Of a stretch of 38,716 nt of DNA, positions 11,731 to 22,767 are shown piece by piece. A program made the position numbers and the translations under genes. Within the stretch, counting starts at the first letter, position 1; each line of letters opens with the position of its first letter. The notes beneath the pieces were generated by a model. That model saw only the letters and a program-made list of their open reading frames with translations, had not been told where the DNA came from and searched no databases. Origin of the DNA: Basidiobolus ranarum (lineage: Eukaryota); NCBI GenBank assembly GCA_040143965.1, contig JASJQH010006921.1, positions 1-38,716 on the forward strand, written 5' to 3'.

Positions 11731-13565
11731 ATGACGGATATCAATCCAACCACTTTTCAAAAAACTGAGAGTCCCTCACGTAATCTAGTTTATCCTTCAC
11801 ATTCACCCAAATGTTTACCTGTACGAAGTAATACTGGCTGTCAAGCGAAAAACATTCCTTTTGGAAGTACGAACGGCAAACAAATATTGAATATTAACAA
11901 AGAAAACTCCAACAAGCCACAACTAAACGACAGTTCTGGAAACAATCACGACAATAATACTATACAGAGTTCGAACATACAATTACAAAACCACATATGG
12001 GACAAGAATAATCCTACCACGTCTTTAAACTCTCTACCTGCTGAGATCATACTGCTGATATTCTCCTTTCTGAGTGGTCAAGATGTTTATAGAGTGTGTC
12101 AGGTTGGTTATTTATTCGACTTTTTTTAGTTAAAAGAGTTTTCTTTGTGTCTTAGTTGAACAAAAGTAGTCCAAACAGTCTATTTTTTGATTTTGATTCC
12201 GATCTTTCTACTGTTGAGGATAAGGCTACCTCAACAATTGAAAGTAAACCGATACAATTTCCTTTTACCTACCTTTGATTACTTTGATTATTCCCAAGGG
12301 TATTTCTTTACAAATATCCAACCCATTTTGTTACAAATATTGAAGTTAAAATAAGAGGTTATTGAGGGGGGTGTTTAGTAGATAGAAACAGTTTAAACCC
12401 TTTAAGAATTTCTTTTATGCGTTTCTTACCAAAAAAAAATCAGAAGCCACTTCTCCCTTGGTTTTATTTTCTACCTTACTCTACACCACCACTAAGGAGG
12501 AACCATTTTTGTATTAACGAGTTCCTATATTTTAGGTCTGTAAATATTTCAACCAGTTGTGTCAAGATGATCGGTTGTGGCGTATGATGGTTTGGTAAAG
12601 TTACTTCAAATTTCGAGTCATTGATTGTTTCAAGTATTTATATTAGTTTATTTTAAAGTCGTCGGTTCGGTAGACACCATTTACGTACGTTAGGGATTGG
12701 ACAAAAATGTAAAGAAGTTTACCGAGAGAAATGTCAGTTTTTAGTATACATAATATTTGCCAAGTTTTCAACACTCAAATCACTTTTCCTACAGCGGACA
12801 TGAGAATATCTATTGCCAATGGGTTTGCTCGACAAGGCCAAGGATCCAACTCATTTCGGGAGTTTGATGAGCTCAGGTAGGATATATTTACAATTAGTCA
12901 TCACTTGGTTGATTTATTAACTCTTGAGCTTAGTGCTTCTGGTATGGTATTATGTCTCAACGATTTCTATGGATTCTATGTAAGTATAGCATTGATATTT
13001 AGCATGCTATCGTATCAAATGCTCATTACGTATCTAGTCAAAAGCTACGTTAGAAGGAGTCCCGCGCGGGCGCTACGACGTCGTTTGGAAGATCAAAGTT
13101 TTTCATAGATCCTATATGCGTAACACGCTTTTTATAGCTCGGGTGTTGGTAAGTTCAAAGTTGATGTCTATGAATGTGTTCTCGAAAGATTCTAAGAGTA
13201 TCACTGTAGGGGGTACCGGAGGAGTTGGAGATAGAAAGTGGGACAGATCGATTTGTGACATTATCTGATAAATCCGAAGAAATCCAAAATGGTCACTTTG
13301 TGGAGTTGGACCCAGGTATCAGCTTCTTTCAACGTACTGCGGGAATGGGTTGGTTTGATTTGGTAGCACCACAACCGCTGGTAGTTGACGGAAGTTACTG
13401 TTATTCTGATATTGGATTTGAGATCATATCTGATAGAGATTCTTGGAAAACGGGATTGGTAATTTGAAGCATCCATTTGGCATTCATGATGAATATTTAT
13501 CGAACACTAAAAATCCATTTTTTATTCAGGTGTTGGATTATGTGGAGTTGAGGAAAGTCGCTTAG
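11731..13565 (+). CDS. F-box protein with C-terminal PP2/Nictaba-like beta-sandwich domain (8 exons)
   Basis: F-box LNSLPAEIILLIFSFLSGQDVYRVCQ|VCKYFNQLCQDDRLWR. The C-terminal part reads PRGRYDVVWKIK...GMGWFDL...FEIISDRDSWKTGL|VLDYVELRKVA*. Confidence 0.8.
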
Positions 13566-13590
13566 AAGAGTTGAGGAAAGTTGCTTAGAA
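13545..13590 (+). repeat. 23-bp tandem duplication spanning the F-box stop codon
   Basis: GAGTTGAGGAAAGTCGCTTAGAA followed by GAGTTGAGGAAAGTTGCTTAGAA (1 mismatch). Confidence 0.9.
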
Positions 13591-13879
13591 GTCACAACAT
13601 GATTAAGCCATTAATTGTATTTTGTTCTCTTTTTTGTTGACCAACCCTCTCCTCTCTTCCCCCCTACACTTTGTATAGAGTTTTTTGTCAATTCAATTGG
13701 TTGATTTTTATTTGCACCTGTATGTAAAGTAATCCTTCATTGGAACAATATTCTAATAATATCCTTATGTAACACCATTCAGGTTGTTTAAATTGAATAT
13801 TAAGAATAGTTGGAATTATTTTGTGTGGAACTTGAATGAATTATTACAAAAATCAGTGGCATCCCACAGACTTCGTAAT

Positions 13880-14135
13880 CTCCCATGAGATATCTACACT
13901 ATATAAACACTGATAGCAACATCTGGATTCAATGTTCTTACCAACTTGTTGGCATCGGCCGAAAATACCCTCTATGAGGAATTATGATGATCGCGCTATC
14001 TTGCTTCCGAGTTGCAGATTCTAATATCCGTGTTATCTGCGGCCTGAGTAACGTCTTCTAACGTTCTGGCTGTTCGTCTAATCGGGTACATTTCTTCATT
14101 AACATCAAGTATAAATTTCCAAATTTTACTTTATC
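13880..14135 (+). repeat. Dispersed repeat, copy 1 (TATA-headed, structured; ncRNA or LTR/SINE-like)
   Basis: Reverse complement of 24881-25140 (about 5 differences in the roughly 190-nt core) and of 24423-24641. Confidence 0.9.
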
Positions 14136-14343
14136 TCTGATTCATACACAGTCACCGCGTTCACTACGTATAGCTCATTCAATGTTACTATTCGCTATTA
14201 CAATTGTGTGAATGACTAGTTTGTTTGACTTCATATTGGTTTGAGAATTAAGCTATATAGTAGAATTCGTTTACTACATGAATACTTTCTTCAATTACTT
14301 TAGCAAAGTGTTTATCTTCGATATTAGCTGTCATCGCTCTACG

Positions 14344-15383
14344 TGACGTAAAATTGGTGACCTATTATTGATCAAGCATCTACATCGTGGAAGTGCAGTT
14401 GTTGGTACAGCTAATCAAGACTGGAAGGTGCCTTGTCATAAGCCTTCGTATGATGGATATTATGATTGGATGTAAATAAGTGAATAAATGCATTGCGGGA
14501 GATGACGCCAACCTAATACGACAATAATTATTTAAAGTTAAATGGTTAAGAACTGGAGGTAAAACGGGGGGAATAGATGACAAGGATTGGGAGTGACGTT
14601 TCTAATTCGAATAAAGATTATTCGACTTTAATTTATATATCTTGTTCTTTCCCAATTTCTTGCTCATTCTCATCATCTCAGATTATGGATAAAATTAACG
14701 CTAATCTTAAATCGACTGGTGCCGCCGTCAAAGAAAGTATAGGAAATATGACTGGTAATCAACATATGGAAGCCGAAGGAAGGGCTGATCGCGCCAAGAC
14801 AGATGCTGAATATAAGAGTGCTCACGCTCAAGAATATAGTCAAGGAGCTGGCGAAAAGGCTAAGGGTAATATCAAGGATACAATCGGCGACGCCATCGGC
14901 AATGAACAAATGCAAGCAGAAGGAAAAGCAGACGTGGCTAAGGGTGGTGCTCGTATGAATTGGAACTCCTAATCGAAATTGTGTGCATAATAAGTGTGTA
15001 ATAATAACATTGTGAAAGTAATAAAAATGCAATAATTGCCAAAATATCGGATAAATAACTGAATATATCATTAGAACTCAGCAAAAGAGATCGATCGGTT
15101 TCGAAGTGCATGAGTGAAAAGTATATGGTTAATTTTACTTGCCACTTACAATGTAGGAGGTTAAGACATAAACTAGTTATGATTGGAACACTAGCATAGG
15201 GCCACTCATGTACTGTACCTCATATTCGCAACGTCACGAATTATCTAAAGCAGGATGTGGATGTATGCTTGCTACATGTCGGTGGTTCAAACTTTTGGGA
15301 AGTCACATCAATGACGTTGTCAAAAGTTAGTACCTATTCACACTTGTCAAGTGACTGAAGACGTCACCATGACTCTATATAAA
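14344..15383 (+). promoter_or_regulatory. Cluster of CRE/ATF motifs (TGACGT/ACGTCA) and TATA boxes upstream of the CsbD/Hmp1 genes
   Basis: TGACGTAA at 14344, TGACGT at 14594, ACGTCA at 15231, TGACGT at 15312, ACGTCA at 15361, TATATAAA at 15376. Confidence 0.55.
14685..14972 (+). CDS. CsbD-like / Hmp1 ('mismatched base pair and cruciform DNA recognition') stress protein, copy 1, 95 aa
   Basis: Two internal repeats of K(E/D)xIGxxxGNxxMxAEG(K/R)A. The start at ATG 14685 is chosen by alignment to copy 2. Confidence 0.85.
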   Translation: MDKINANLKSTGAAVKESIGNMTGNQHMEAEGRADRAKTDAEYKSAHAQEYSQGAGEKAKGNIKDTIGDAIGNEQMQAEGKADVAKGGARMNWNS

Positions 15384-15437
15384 CCGGTATTTCCTCGTAG
15401 TTAGAAGACATATTCAACAACTTTAAACTACTTCACT

Positions 15438-15725
15438 ATGGACAAAATCAACGCTAACCTTAAATCCGCTGGTGGTGCCGTCAAGGAAAGCCTCGGTAAC
15501 ATGACCGGTAACGAGCAGATGCAAGCTGAAGGAAAGGCTACTCGCGCCCAAGCTGATGCTGAACATAAGAGTGCTCAAGCCCAAGGTTACAGCCAAGGAG
15601 CTGGTGAAAAGGCCAAAGGAAACATCAAGGACACTATCGGTGGAGCTCTTGGTAACGAGCAGATGCAAGCCGAAGGAAAGGCCGGAGCTGCCAAAGGTGA
15701 TGCTCGTATGAACTTCAACTCCTAG
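15438..15725 (+). CDS. CsbD-like / Hmp1 stress protein, copy 2, 95 aa
   Basis: 76/95 aa identical to copy 1, intronless, with a TATA box at 15376. Confidence 0.88.
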   Translation: MDKINANLKSAGGAVKESLGNMTGNEQMQAEGKATRAQADAEHKSAQAQGYSQGAGEKAKGNIKDTIGGALGNEQMQAEGKAGAAKGDARMNFNS

Positions 15726-16153
15726 TTTAGTCCATTTCCCTTCTATGTGAATAACTGTGATTATTTCTGTACTAAATAAATCTACAAGGAATAAACCAAA
15801 TTACAAAATTACATTTGTAAAGTTATCTGTGAAATATGGGAGTTGTGTCTGTAACGTGTGTCAAGTTATCCGTCTAACTTGATTTAAACATTGCGTCAAC
15901 TGTCGCTTAGCCAAACAAAAACTACTCCAAATTGATCGCCAATATATACTAATTTTGACATTTACCATAATTGCCAATCATCGAACCCAAAGATCACTTG
16001 ATGCTACAATACTCATTGTCATACTAAAAATGGTAGAACGTATTTATTAATCTCTGGGAGAATTGACAGAAACAATGTAAATGCTTATTGAAATGAACAA
16101 CTTGATGAAGGGTTGGTGAAGAGGCACTAATGAAATGATGTAACAATCTTAAA

Positions 16154-16924
16154 CTAAACCCTACTAGTATCGAAGCCTCGATATAGAGTCAATGGAGGCA
16201 ACTTTCGATCATCTAAATTGGAATTGGCTGTCGGAAGGGTTTCCATCAGTTGAATTTTCTTTTTCTGATACAAGAATTGCCCAATATCTCCCGTCTCATC
16301 AGTCTGATTACTAAAGGTAAACGTAGGGCTCGACATACCATCACTATCTTTGGAATTAGGGCTGGTGCTATTTGTACCAAAGGAGCTAATGGATTCCGCG
16401 GGACTCATCCCACCAGGGATTTCTTGAAAGTTGAAATAATCAGTGGCACGAATAGGTGCTGGATGGTACATGCTGGATGAGTTGATATTCCAAGGATTGT
16501 TGCTTTCTGGCCCACAATTTGGAGTCAAGTAGGCATTCGTCATATTGGAGCCCATCATTCCAGAATGACCTAGACCAAACAGGCCACTTTTGAATCCGAT
16601 CCCACTATTGAATGGGAAATAGGGATGACCAAGAAATGGCATATTGTTTTGAGAGCGTCTAGTATGTGTTCGAGTATGTCTAGAAAGCTCATCCGATCGA
16701 GAGAATCTTTTCTGACATCCAGGATATGAGCAAGGATATGGTTTTTCTCCGGTATGGGTACGAATATGCCGAGTCAAATGTTCACGACGTCGGAAAGCCT
16801 TGGAACATATTGTGCAAGGAAATGGTCTCTCATTGTTCGTTTCTCTCTTCTCAATTTGTTCTTCATGAAGTTGGTCTCCAGGAAGAAGAATTGTATCAAG
16901 GTTATGTTTACTAATTTGAAGCAT
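16154..16924 (-). CDS. creA: C2H2 zinc-finger transcription factor, CreA/Mig1 family
   Basis: [55 protein letters not shown] closely matches CreA/Mig1 fingers. C-terminal LPPL motif. Orthology versus paralogy cannot be settled from the sequence. Confidence 0.75.
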   Translation of the reverse strand: MLQISKHNLDTILLPGDQLHEEQIEKRETNNERPFPCTICSKAFRRREHLTRHIRTHTGEKPYPCSYPGCQKRFSRSDELSRHTRTHTRRSQNNMPFLGHPYFPFNSGIGFKSGLFGLGHSGMMGSNMTNAYLTPNCGPESNNPWNINSSSMYHPAPIRATDYFNFQEIPGGMSPAESISSFGTNSTSPNSKDSDGMSSPTFTFSNQTDETGDIGQFLYQKKKIQLMETLPTANSNLDDRKLPPLTLYRGFDTSRV

Positions 16925-18080
16925 TTGGAGGTTGTCAGATATGTGCAGTGTATGTCTAATTCCAAATAATCTGTTTTCCAGAGAAGTTGATGGAGTGTAT
17001 GTATATTTACACAGTATTGGTTCTAAATTCTATAAACAAAACTGTTAGTACTTTCGAACGGTCTGAACAATTGATCTGTGGGGCGGCTGCTTTTTATTAG
17101 CCTTGTCCGATACCTCTACTTCCCCTTTGTGTCAAAGATCTCGTTGACAACGATCCAACCCACGAGATCCTATGATAACTCATGCACACTATTTGCACGC
17201 CATTAAACGGTAATGTACATATTTTATTGAACCGCTTTCCCGCTTTCTCGCCTTCCATTTTTCTAATTGCAACAGACTTGCATAGTGATTGTTTCAATCC
17301 AATGTCAGCTATCAGTTATTACTAAGAAGCAATAATCTACTAGTAACGTAAGTAGTAGTATGTATGTTGTCGGTCAGAACAAGCAATTAGATTTGATGAA
17401 TTTAATTTCCCCCTATAATTGAATGCAATTCAATGGTCAACAAACCCATCTAACATATGCTGCACACTGTTACGTACATCATAAGATGGATGTATGAAGC
17501 AGATTCACTTTTCTCCACATTGTGGAAATTTGAACGTGTAATGATCCGCGTGTGCAAGCTGATTGGATTTGACATCGTATATACCTCGCATTTGGTACCT
17601 AACTGGGTGTAAGTGTGGGTGTGGGTGTGGACACGATACAAACTGTTTGATTGTTACTTGTCTGTACCTGTAGGTAAGTGATGGTAGCTTGTCAAGATGT
17701 GGTTAGCACTAGTTGAAGATCACTGATGTCGATCTCATGATCATTGTTGTTCACAATCAATGTTTCATGACTAACTTCAATCTAATGAATTTCCCACCAC
17801 ACTAGACGCCACATACTCTGTATTGTCTTGACATGATAGGGCTAGGGTTAATGGGTTAATGGGTCAATAGGTGAATATTCCATCCATCCCCTAATTCTTA
17901 AACTTTCAAGCCAAGATAATGATACATTGTTTTGCTACGGTGACCGTTTACTTGATATAATGAAGGAAGGGGACAACCGACACAAGAAAGAATCTACAAC
18001 AATGGTCATTACGTCAACTATCAAGCGAGAGAACTAGTTAAATACCTTCTCTTCCACACACGTCCATTCATTAGCTTGAC

Positions 18081-18662
18081 ATGTTCCCCATCAGCAAACC
18101 CTCCCACATTGCAGTCGTTTTGGCTTGCCTTCTGACACTGAATCCAATGGCATTAGCACAAGTACAATCTTCCAGTGGTAATTCTATGATAACTTCTGCT
18201 ACTGCTACTACGTCGATGACGGTATCCACTCCCGCGATGGATTCTCGAGAGCAATGTGTTCAAAGTAGAAAGTGCGGAAATGATGTGAACTGTATTGCTA
18301 CATGCTTTAATGTTCCCGGACCAAATGACACTCAAGTACAGGATACCATCAGTTGTGTTCGCCAGTGTAACACCACTGACAATAATCAATGGGCTCAATG
18401 TCGTGATAAGTGCATCAATGATCACTATCAAGCACAACCATCATCTATCATTAAACCATCTACTACGACCGTAGCCACTACATCTACTTTGGGAGTTAAA
18501 CCAACCAGTATCACTCCCTCCTCCACCACTAAATCATCCAGTGGAATTGCTACTGCGACCGCGGTACCTAATTCTGCTTCACTAAATTCCTCTATCATGA
18601 AGAGATATGTCATTTGGTTCTTATTATTCTCAATTCTCTTGCAGTTTTGGTTAAGAAATTAA
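18081..18662 (+). CDS. Secreted, probably GPI-anchored 8-Cys protein with Ser/Thr-rich stalk
   Basis: Signal peptide, a helical 8-Cys domain (C..DVNCIATCFNVPGP...CVRQC...CRDKCI), an S/T linker, NSA omega-like site and a hydrophobic C-terminus. Confidence 0.82.
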   Translation: MFPISKPSHIAVVLACLLTLNPMALAQVQSSSGNSMITSATATTSMTVSTPAMDSREQCVQSRKCGNDVNCIATCFNVPGPNDTQVQDTISCVRQCNTTDNNQWAQCRDKCINDHYQAQPSSIIKPSTTTVATTSTLGVKPTSITPSSTTKSSSGIATATAVPNSASLNSSIMKRYVIWFLLFSILLQFWLRN

Positions 18663-18932
18663 CCAGTAGATTCAATTCATTTCTTTGTCACCAAATACAT
18701 TCATTCCTATTCTTTGTCACATTAATGTGAGAATAAAATCGGAAATCATTGCATTAAAATTGGTTCAATTTACCAAATCTTAATTGATTCATGATGTTTA
18801 GTTACGAGATTAAAGTTCCATTTCAAAAACCTTACTTAAGATTGAGATGGAAATACTTCATCAATGATATTCCCGATTTCACAAAAGTTTATTACTAATT
18901 AATATTGAGAACATCATTTAAAATTTCTTATA

Positions 18933-19550
18933 TTAATAGGAGAATGCTGCTAACAAAGTGATGGCCAAAACCAATGATGAATAAGGAGAACTGATGAAAT
19001 GTCCTGCGTCATTAGTAGTAGTACTATTAGCAGCTGGTTTAGCAACCGTCTGAACGCTGGCTGCTGGCGAAGGTAAAGACATTCCATTTTGACCTGGTTG
19101 AGGAATACCAGTCCATTCGGTAGAACCGTTCACACAGATTTGATGAACTGGGAAATACAATACGTTATTGGGAACTTGAGCGGGAAGTTTCATGGAGATA
19201 CCAAAATCCTCGTAGAAAGTAGGTTCTAAATAACCCGAGAATGTGACTGAACTGACTGTTTGATTAATGGTTTCTCCATGACTGGTAACTGGAGGAACCA
19301 GTGGACGGTAATTCAATGAAATGGTCCAGTTATGAGTTTGATGAGGCGCGACACTGGTAACGCCATCAGGAATATCTACAGTTAATTTCACCGTTGGGGA
19401 ATTAGAGCAACCGTGACCAACGCGGAAGGCAGTTTGAAAGTATGAATCCAAATATGCCATGTTAGGATTGGCAGTGACATGAGCCATCACTGGGGTAACA
19501 GCGACCAGACAAGCGGCTAGAGATGCGGTTAGGGCATTGAAGGAAACCAT
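18933..19550 (-). CDS. DUF1775 / YcnI-like copper-binding protein, secreted and probably GPI-anchored
   Basis: Signal peptide ends VMA|HVT. Motifs FRVGHGC, IPDGVTSVAP, WTI, LYFPVHQICVNG..EW, then a hydrophobic tail. Intronless, with TATATAAA upstream at about 19624-19631. Confidence 0.85.
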   Translation of the reverse strand: MVSFNALTASLAACLVAVTPVMAHVTANPNMAYLDSYFQTAFRVGHGCSNSPTVKLTVDIPDGVTSVAPHQTHNWTISLNYRPLVPPVTSHGETINQTVSSVTFSGYLEPTFYEDFGISMKLPAQVPNNVLYFPVHQICVNGSTEWTGIPQPGQNGMSLPSPAASVQTVAKPAANSTTTNDAGHFISSPYSSLVLAITLLAAFSY

Positions 19551-20719
19551 GGTAAACTGTGGAAATTTAAAGTTGGTAGAAGAGCTTTACAAACTTGTCG
19601 TTTCTGTCACGAAGGATTCTGGGTTTATATACCAATAAATGAATACAAATAATTTCAACATACCTCCCGATGATTGATGGTATAGCATCGATAAACACTC
19701 GACTTGCAACCTTCAGGAGCTAACCTGTTATAGTTTCACACTTAATCTTTCCGGTATATATTGTAGGCTAAAGTAGATATCATGCTTGTTGTACAACATT
19801 CTAAAATGGGGAATCTTCCAGAAAGTGTCTTACCCTTGACCAGTGAATAGAGCGGTAGATGAGTGGGGTTTGTTCTGAAAAAGGCGAAGTTCTAGAATCC
19901 CCTTAAGATAACAATACTGTGACTCTACTGTCTCACCACCAGTTAAGCTGGTATCTACAAATTTGGTAAGAAACTAGAAGTTTTAGGATAGGACTACGTG
20001 ATACACAAAAGATTTATTACATAAACCATGTCTTGTAGATGGTTATTGGGCGACATATGATGCATCGGTATTAGAGGAATCATAGAAAAAAAAGGAATTA
20101 TTTCTCAGTGGACTATTGAATTGGCTCCATAATACTTGGACTTAGTATGTGTAAGAGATTAGTGGCAGTATTGTTAAAAGTCACTTAAAAGTAAGAGAGT
20201 GATGAGTATGGATACCGTTAAGAATTTAGAGATAATTGTTTGCAGTTTACACCTACTACTGATTATTTTGAAAATAGGGTAGTATCTGCAGGGATATATT
20301 GGCCAATACAATTACCCCTAAGATTAACTAATAACAACCAACAACTTTATAGCCTCAGTTAGTTGACATATAATCAATCAATATGGTAAATTCTCTTCGA
20401 AACTTGATTCTCTGGATATCATATTCTTGTATTATAAGTACTTGAGGATGTGCGGATATCAACTCTTTACATAGTGAGGTCTTAGCAACATATAACATCA
20501 TGCAGCAGAAATATCTCGAATGAAGAGATAGGAAGCAGTGATTTTGGGATATAGGCCAAAAATCAATCAATTTTTTTGAAATGTAAAAATCTATGTAAAG
20601 AGTTTCGGTTAGATTTTGATACTCATCTGGTTTAATACTAAACAAATATGTATGAGTTATAAATGTGCCTAAGGTAAATTTTGGAAGAGCAGCTCTATCA
20701 TTCTTACTCATATTGTTTT

Positions 20720-22665
20720 ATGTTTAACCTTAACTCTGAAAATATACCAGTATTTGCAGTACAATGTGCAACTGGTGTTGCTTCAATTTTACTTGTCATT
20801 ACTTTGTATACTAATTCTATTTCGAAAGAGCCTCTTACAATCGATAAAAAGAGAAGGCGAAAGAAGAAAAGTAAAAAGCAAGAAAACAGTTCGGAACATT
20901 CTGGTAAAAATCGTTCTTTGAAAACCTTTGTTTGAATACTGTTACTTACTTTACTATTCATAAAACAGCCGTAAAATGCCCATACTATTCTGGTCTCGTA
21001 AACCTTGGAAACACTTGTTTTCTAAATTCAATTCTTCAAGTAATATTCAGTTTAGTTTAAGTTCTACGTACATTTTTAATAGTTCCTTATTCTTTTCTCT
21101 ATACCTGTTCAGAGTTTGGCTGCTCTTAAACATTTGAGAGGATACTTGGAAAAATGCTGTGTATACGATTTATCCAATAGCGACCTAGAAAACATCCCTA
21201 TTACCTTCTCTTTGAATCGCACAGTGTACGGTATGTAGGATTTAATACCCAAATTCTAAGCTCTCTCTGTAGTTAGCTTTGCGCCAAGTTAACTCATCTC
21301 ACAAAGAACTTAGTCGTCCCTTAAAGCATAAGAAAATTATCTCGCCATATGACATATTAAAGTCACTTGATAAGAAGAAAAGTTGGATTTCTAGTCGACA
21401 AGAGCAGGTTGATTGAAGAAATATATTTTCTTGTTCGCAAGAAGATCGCTAAATTATTCCTAATTTCTCAAGGATGCTCATGAGCTTTTTCAATTAATTA
21501 GTAGTTGGCTCAGTGAAGAAGCGGAGAACGTATTTTCATCCAAACTATCGATGTCTCCGTTGAATCTGAACAACGAAAGAGCCAAGGTACTTGCCAGTAT
21601 AGTTCTTAAGCGCATAGTCTCACTATTGTAACCGATTTTCCTCTCTCCATGTAGCTAATGAGCCAAGAGGAAAATCCTATCCGTATGGTTCGTAATCCTT
21701 TCATTGGGTTCTCTGCTCACCGAATTTCGTGTGTTCAATGTGGTTACACGGTTTGTGGAATTTACCGAGATGAAGCCAAGCAACTTCATCAGTCTAATAT
21801 TCTTAATGATTCAGGATACCATCAAACATTATGCTTTCGACAATATCTCACTCATTCTTCCTCGAACTGTAAGTTGAAATCAGTGATATTTTATACGGTG
21901 ACTATTTGATTAACAAGCGATACAACCTGATTAGACAAAATGCACATTGGAAGAATGCCTTCAAAATTATACTAGCATAGACTCATTAACCGATTTTAGC
22001 TGTCGTCAATGCTCCTTGAATGCAACTAGATGTCGAATCATGAAATCCTTGGAGCAGGCGACCTCCGAGCCCAAAATATCTCTATTGAAGAAAACCTTAG
22101 CACGTATTGAACATGCTTTGGCGGGAGATCTATCTACAGAGTTGGTAGGATTAAGTTCATTCGAGTTAATAGTTGTCGGTCACATTCTCATCTTGAGTGT
22201 TATTGTATTTGTTAGCCCGATATTAAGATCACCCGCATCACTAGTAAGCACACGACTAAGCAAGTGATGTTTGCACGACCTCCACCGATTCTTTGCCTGC
22301 ATTTATCTCGATCCATATTTTTGTCTAATGGCATGTCAGCCAAAAATTCATGTCTGGTAGAGTTTCCCGTTCAACTCGACTTGAATCCGTTCTGTACGGA
22401 CGGTCATCTTTCAGTTTCACCATTAAAGCCAATATCGATTCACCGTAAGACTTCACCAGATAATAGAGAACGATCAATTTTGTATACCCTCAAGTCGGTG
22501 GTTGTTCATTATGGAAGTCATTATTCGGGACACTTCGCCACTTACCGTAGACAAGGGGACGAGTCCTCGAAAAGATGGCTTAGAATATCAGATGATAAAG
22601 TAGAAGAGGTGGATTTGGAGGAAGTGCTAAATTGTGAAGCGTACATGCTTTTTTATGAGAAATAA
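20720..22665 (+). CDS. Ubiquitin-specific protease (C19) with N-terminal TM, USP30/Ubp16/Ubp1-like
   Basis: Cys box GLVNLGNTCFLNSILQ, QEQ|DAHELFQL, CVQC and CRQC zinc ribbon, PPILCLHLSRS, His box VVVHYGSHYSGHFATYRR, WLRISDD, AYMLFYEK. N-terminal hydrophobic helix followed by a basic tract. Confidence 0.9.
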
Positions 22666-22767
22666 TAAAGAGCATTCATATGATGATTCATTTGATAGTT
22701 TACTAATTTATTAAATTCTTAGTCTCAACTAATCGATTAGTCAATGTTACATAATTCCGCTGGATCT

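Noticed and set aside
13933-14025. 30-aa ORF MFLPTCWHRPKIPSMRNYDDRAILLPSCRF inside the repeated element
   Set aside because: Very short, the ATG is ACG in copy 2, and conservation extends equally beyond the ORF. Not excluded, but unsupported.
13950-14095. U3 snoRNA, HDV-like or hammerhead ribozyme identity for the element
   Set aside because: No U3 box A/A' or box B, no HDV P3/L3 TCC-CG core with P1.1, and no CTGANGA...GAAA core.
14577-14684. N-terminal extension of CsbD copy 1 in the ORF track
   Set aside because: Spans the TATA and pyrimidine-rich 5' region and is absent from the paralogue. The true start is likely 14685.
20355-20711. 118-aa minus-strand ORF
   Set aside because: AT-rich with no recognisable motif, and it overlaps the USP promoter.
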